Notes under the pieces: model-generated
The model's database searches: none
The model's input: the letters and a program-made list of their open reading frames with translations, nothing else
What the model was told of the DNA's origin: nothing
Shown here: positions 60,008 through 64,000 of the stretch, piece by piece
Numbering within the stretch: the first letter of the stretch is position 1
How the letters are laid out: each line of letters opens with the position of its first letter
Translations under genes and position numbers: made by a program
Source: a virus
DNA: 64,000 nt
Strand: one strand, 5' to 3'
IMG/VR virus record: IMGVR_UViG_3300022752_002570
Coordinates: 17,862-81,861 of that record

Positions 60008-63000
60008 ATGGCAGTTAATGACTTTATCGTTAAAAATGGTCTGTTTGTCTCAACAACAGCCACAATTCTTGGAACAAGACAAGCAGTATCTACATCTACC
60101 GGCGCTTTAGTTGTCAAAGGGGGCGTCGGGATAGGGCAAGACCTATATGTAGGTGGTACAATTTATGGTTATGGTATACTTGCAGGGAGTGTATCTACCG
60201 CTACAAATTTAACAGGTGGCCTTGCAGGCCAAGTTCCTTATCAATCATCACCAGGGAATACAAGTTTCTTTGGTCCTGGAACAGCGGGAGATGTGCTAGT
60301 CAGCAACGGCAGTAGCGCCCCTAGTTATAATAATACCCTTACTTTAGCCAGTGTCACAAGTGCTACATCTACCGCCACTGGTGCCCTACAGGTACGTGGT
60401 GGTGCTGGAATTGGTCAAAATCTACATATCGGAACATTCCTAAATGTTCAAACCCAGTCAACTACTGCTACAATTAATGCCAAAGCAGGCAACGGTGCGG
60501 TTTGGGCAGAAGTTGCGGACTTTCAAGGCGGAAACGGCGGTAATGATAATTCCGGAGCCGTTGTTTATGTAAGAAATAACCTTTACGGTTCTGGACAAGG
60601 TGGTAAAATTTATGGCGGACGTTGGGGAACTAACGATCGAGGACTAAGACTAACTGGAGTTAGTTTTGATGGTACAGAAAACGCTTATATTCACCTTAAT
60701 AGCGAAGGCAGTCTAATTCAATTAAATGTAGGTGGAATTAACAGATTAAGTATTGCTGCTACTGGTGTTGTTACAATTTCTACTGTTACAAATGCGTCAA
60801 GTACATCAACTGGTGCTTTGGTTGTGAATGGCGGTGCTGGATTTGGGCAAGATGTTTTTATTGGTGGTGATCTAGCAGTAAACGGTGGTGATGTTACATC
60901 TAATGCTACAACATTTAATTTATTAAATGCTACCGTAACCACCTTAAACTTTGCAGGTGCGGGTACAAATATTACAATTGGTGCCGCTAGTGGCGCTACT
61001 ACAATTCGCAATGCAGTTACGCTTACAAATACCACAAATGCTACATCTACGCAAACAGGTGCTTTAGTTGTTACAGGTGGTGTTGGCATTGGACAAAACC
61101 TATATGTAGGTGGCGGCTTACGAGTCACAGGAAGATTTACTTCAACAGGTATTGCAGATATAACAAATACAACAGTAGCCACTAATACATTAAGTGGAGC
61201 ATTGGTCGTTGCAGGCGGAGTTGGTATAGGACAAGATTTGTGGGTTGGGGGGAATATCTACGGGTCAATTGCTGCAACAGTAAGCACTGCTACCAATGTT
61301 CAAACCCAACGAAACGCAAATGGTGGTACTTATTATCTAACCTTTGTTGATAGTGATAATGCTACACCTTTAGCCGAAGCATTATTTACAAGTTCTACAA
61401 TTTATTTTAGCCCTACCTCTGGATTAACAATTACAAATATTACTGCGTCGTCAACTACGCAGACAGGTGCTTTGGTTGTTTCTGGCGGTGCGGGAATTGG
61501 TCAAAACTTATATATAGGCGGAGATCTAGCAGTAAATGGCGGAGATATGACTTCTGCCGCTACTACATTTAATCTATTAAATTCAGGTGTTACAAGTTTA
61601 AACCTAGCAGGTGCAGGAACCGCTATTGTAATAGGAGCAACAACAGGCGCGACAACTATAAGAAACGCTGTTACTCTAACAAATACAACTAACGCTACTA
61701 GCACTCAAACAGGTGCCCTACAGGTATCCGGCGGTGCAGGTATTGGACAGAATCTATATGTAGGTGGTGGAGTTCAAGTTACTGGATTAACAACTGTAAC
61801 AAACACTACAAATGCAACCTCTACTTCATCAGGTGCTTTGATTGTTGCTGGCGGTGCTGGTATAGGTCAAAACCTATATGTTGGTGGAGGTGTTCAGGTT
61901 ACCGGATTAACCACAGTAACCAACACCACCAATGCAACCTCTACTTCATCAGGTGCATTAGTTATATCAGGTGGTGCGGGAATTGGTCAAAACCTATATG
62001 TTGGTGGAGGTGTTCAGGTTACCGGATTAACCACAGTAACCAACACCACCAATGCAACCTCTACTTCATCAGGTGCATTAGTTATATCAGGTGGTGTTGG
62101 CATAGGTCAAAACTTATATGTTGGTGGAGGTGTTCAGGTTACCGGATTAACCACAGTAACCAACACCACCAATGCAACCTCTACTTCATCAGGTGCTTTG
62201 ATTGTTGCTGGCGGTGCTGGTATAGGTCAAAACCTATATGTTGGTGGAGGTGTTCAGGTTACCGGATTAACCACAGTAACCAACACCACCAATGCAACCT
62301 CTACTTCGTCAGGAGCATTATTTATAGCAGGTGGTGTAGGTATTGGCGGAGACCTCTATGCTAGCCGTATTAGAACAGTCTCCACAACAAACGCAACATC
62401 TACTACCACTGGAGAAATCATAGTCCAGGGAGGCGTTGGTATTGGACAGAACCTATATGTAGGAGGACTAATTGTAGGAACAATTGCTGCAACAGTTTCA
62501 ACAGCCAGTCAATTAACTACAGTTCAACAGCCCATACCATCTACATATTATCTAACTTTTGTTGATAGTAATAATTCTACAGCCGGTTCGGAAACTTTCT
62601 ATACAAGTTCAACGATATACTTTAGTCCTGCCTCAGGCATGACAATAACCAATGCTACCGCAGCATCTTCAACTCAAACCGGTGCATTGACGGTTGCTGG
62701 CGGTGTGGGTATTGGACAGAATCTGTACGTTGGCGGACAAGAAAACAACAGTAATCTAACCAATGCTACTAGCACATCTACTGGAGCATTGACTGTTGCC
62801 GGTGGTGTGGGTATTGGACAGAATCTTTATGTAGGTGGTGGTGTTCAGGTAACAGGTAGATTCACATCTACAGGAATAGCAAATGTAACTAACACCACAG
62901 ATGCAATCTCTACTTCATCAGGTGCATTAGTTATATCAGGTGGTGTTGGCATAGGTCAAAACTTATATGTAGGCGGTGGAACAGTGCTTGTTGGTCTAAC

Positions 63001-64000
63001 TACTGTAACAAACACTACAAATGCCACATCAACTCAAACAGGTGCCCTACAGGTATCCGGCGGTGCAGGTATTGGACAGAATCTATATGTAGGTGGTGGA
63101 GTTCAAGTTACTGGATTAACAACTGTAACAAACACTACAAATGCCACAAGCACTTCAAGCGGTTCATTACAGACACGAGGTGGCCTGGGCGTAGGTGGAG
63201 ACCTATTTGCTAGTCGTATAAGAACTGCGTCAACAACTAATGCTACTTCTACGCAAACAGGAGAAATAGTTGTACAAGGTGGTGTTGGTATTGGACAAGA
63301 CCTATGGGTAGGTGGTGATATCTATGCAAACAAACTTGTTATTCAGTATACAACAATCACCACTACCTTAATTCAAACTGATGATGTAATTCAAACAACA
63401 AATTCTACAAATGCAACATCAACCACAACTGGTGCTTTAATTATTCGCGGTGGTGCAGGCGTAGGTGGTGATTTATACGCTAGTCGTATAAGAACTGCGT
63501 CAACAACTAATGCTACTTCTACATCGACTGGCGAAATCATTGTCGGTGGCGGAGTTGGTATTGGACAGAATTTGTACGTTGGAGGTGATTTAAATGTAAC
63601 TGGGGTTATTGCTGGGGTTATTGCTGGGACTGTATCTACTGCTAGTCAAATTAATACTATACAGAATCCAACAACTGGACCGTTCTTCTTAACATTTGTA
63701 GACTCAAATAATGCCACTGCCATTCCAGAAACAGTTTATACCAGTGCTACTATAAAATTTAGTCCTACTATAGGATTAGGAATAGGCGGCACAGGAACCC
63801 CAACCGCTACATTAGATGTAACAGGCAGTGTAAGAATTAGTGGAATCTCAACAGTTTCAAATACTACTAACGCTACATCAACTGCAACAGGTGCTTTGAT
63901 TGTTGCTGGCGGTGCTGGTATAGGTCAAAACCTATATGTTGGTGGGGGTGTTCAGGTTACCGGATTAACCACAGTAACCAACACCACCAATGCAACCTCT
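60008..64000 (+). CDS. Long fibre protein paralogous to 55196-59974, running off the right edge
   Basis: TAAATA 59977-82; ATG 60008 gives MAVNDFIVKNGLFVSTTATILG...GALVVKGGVGIGQDLYVGG; repeats continue to 64000. Missing from the ORF track because it is unterminated. Confidence 0.8.
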   Translation, partial: MAVNDFIVKNGLFVSTTATILGTRQAVSTSTGALVVKGGVGIGQDLYVGGTIYGYGILAGSVSTATNLTGGLAGQVPYQSSPGNTSFFGPGTAGDVLVSNGSSAPSYNNTLTLASVTSATSTATGALQVRGGAGIGQNLHIGTFLNVQTQSTTATINAKAGNGAVWAEVADFQGGNGGNDNSGAVVYVRNNLYGSGQGGKIYGGRWGTNDRGLRLTGVSFDGTENAYIHLNSEGSLIQLNVGGINRLSIAATGVVTISTVTNASSTSTGALVVNGGAGFGQDVFIGGDLAVNGGDVTSNATTFNLLNATVTTLNFAGAGTNITIGAASGATTIRNAVTLTNTTNATSTQTGALVVTGGVGIGQNLYVGGGLRVTGRFTSTGIADITNTTVATNTLSGALVVAGGVGIGQDLWVGGNIYGSIAATVSTATNVQTQRNANGGTYYLTFVDSDNATPLAEALFTSSTIYFSPTSGLTITNITASSTTQTGALVVSGGAGIGQNLYIGGDLAVNGGDMTSAATTFNLLNSGVTSLNLAGAGTAIVIGATTGATTIRNAVTLTNTTNATSTQTGALQVSGGAGIGQNLYVGGGVQVTGLTTVTNTTNATSTSSGALIVAGGAGIGQNLYVGGGVQVTGLTTVTNTTNATSTSSGALVISGGAGIGQNLYVGGGVQVTGLTTVTNTTNATSTSSGALVISGGVGIGQNLYVGGGVQVTGLTTVTNTTNATSTSSGALIVAGGAGIGQNLYVGGGVQVTGLTTVTNTTNATSTSSGALFIAGGVGIGGDLYASRIRTVSTTNATSTTTGEIIVQGGVGIGQNLYVGGLIVGTIAATVSTASQLTTVQQPIPSTYYLTFVDSNNSTAGSETFYTSSTIYFSPASGMTITNATAASSTQTGALTVAGGVGIGQNLYVGGQENNSNLTNATSTSTGALTVAGGVGIGQNLYVGGGVQVTGRFTSTGIANVTNTTDAISTSSGALVISGGVGIGQNLYVGGGTVLVGLTTVTNTTNATSTQTGALQVSGGAGIGQNLYVGGGVQVTGLTTVTNTTNATSTSSGSLQTRGGLGVGGDLFASRIRTASTTNATSTQTGEIVVQGGVGIGQDLWVGGDIYANKLVIQYTTITTTLIQTDDVIQTTNSTNATSTTTGALIIRGGAGVGGDLYASRIRTASTTNATSTSTGEIIVGGGVGIGQNLYVGGDLNVTGVIAGVIAGTVSTASQINTIQNPTTGPFFLTFVDSNNATAIPETVYTSATIKFSPTIGLGIGGTGTPTATLDVTGSVRISGISTVSNTTNATSTATGALIVAGGAGIGQNLYVGGGVQVTGLTTVTNTTNATS
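61811..62318 (+). repeat. 120-bp near-identical in-frame tandem repeat, about 4.2 copies
   Basis: Units start at 61811, 61931, 62051, 62171 and 62291; 61811-61930 is identical to 62171-62290; a further copy at ~63889-64000. Confidence 0.92.

Noticed and set aside
61811-62318. CRISPR array or diversity-generating retroelement TR/VR pair
   Set aside because: Repeats are in-frame coding units without unique spacers, differences are not adenine-specific, and no cas or reverse transcriptase gene is in the window.

Overview
This 64-kb window is part of an AT-rich, T4-superfamily-like large myophage genome and covers most of its virion morphogenesis region. On the minus strand (1-26035) lie a collagen fibre gene running off the left edge, a 4652-aa baseplate protein, and gp6-, gp25-, gp5 (with GH19 domain)-, hub-, gp53- and tube-initiator-like genes. 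A plus-strand block under host sigma70-type promoters encodes a gp55-like late sigma factor, gp47/gp46 (Mre11/Rad50), a small helical protein and a GIY-YIG nuclease. It is followed directly by a ~420-nt GC-enriched, ORF-free, densely base-paired region that looks like a large structured RNA. After that come putative internal head proteins, a tail/hub chaperone with a probable -1 frameshift, tape measure, portal, an antisense TylF-type methyltransferase with its own promoter, core, protease, scaffold, major capsid, and several Thr/Ser-rich repeat fibre genes, the last running off the right edge. TAAATA late promoters mark most structural operons. The best candidates for new biology are: (1) the GIY-YIG-linked structured RNA, which contains two GTGAC-N10-AGATGAT units; (2) the frameshifted chaperone; (3) seven phycobiliprotein-like C-x-R-D helical repeats in a 2254-aa virion protein; (4) a DUF4214/S-layer-like insert in the baseplate. 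All calls are by eye from motifs and synteny; no searches or folding programs were run, and the host cannot be determined from this window.
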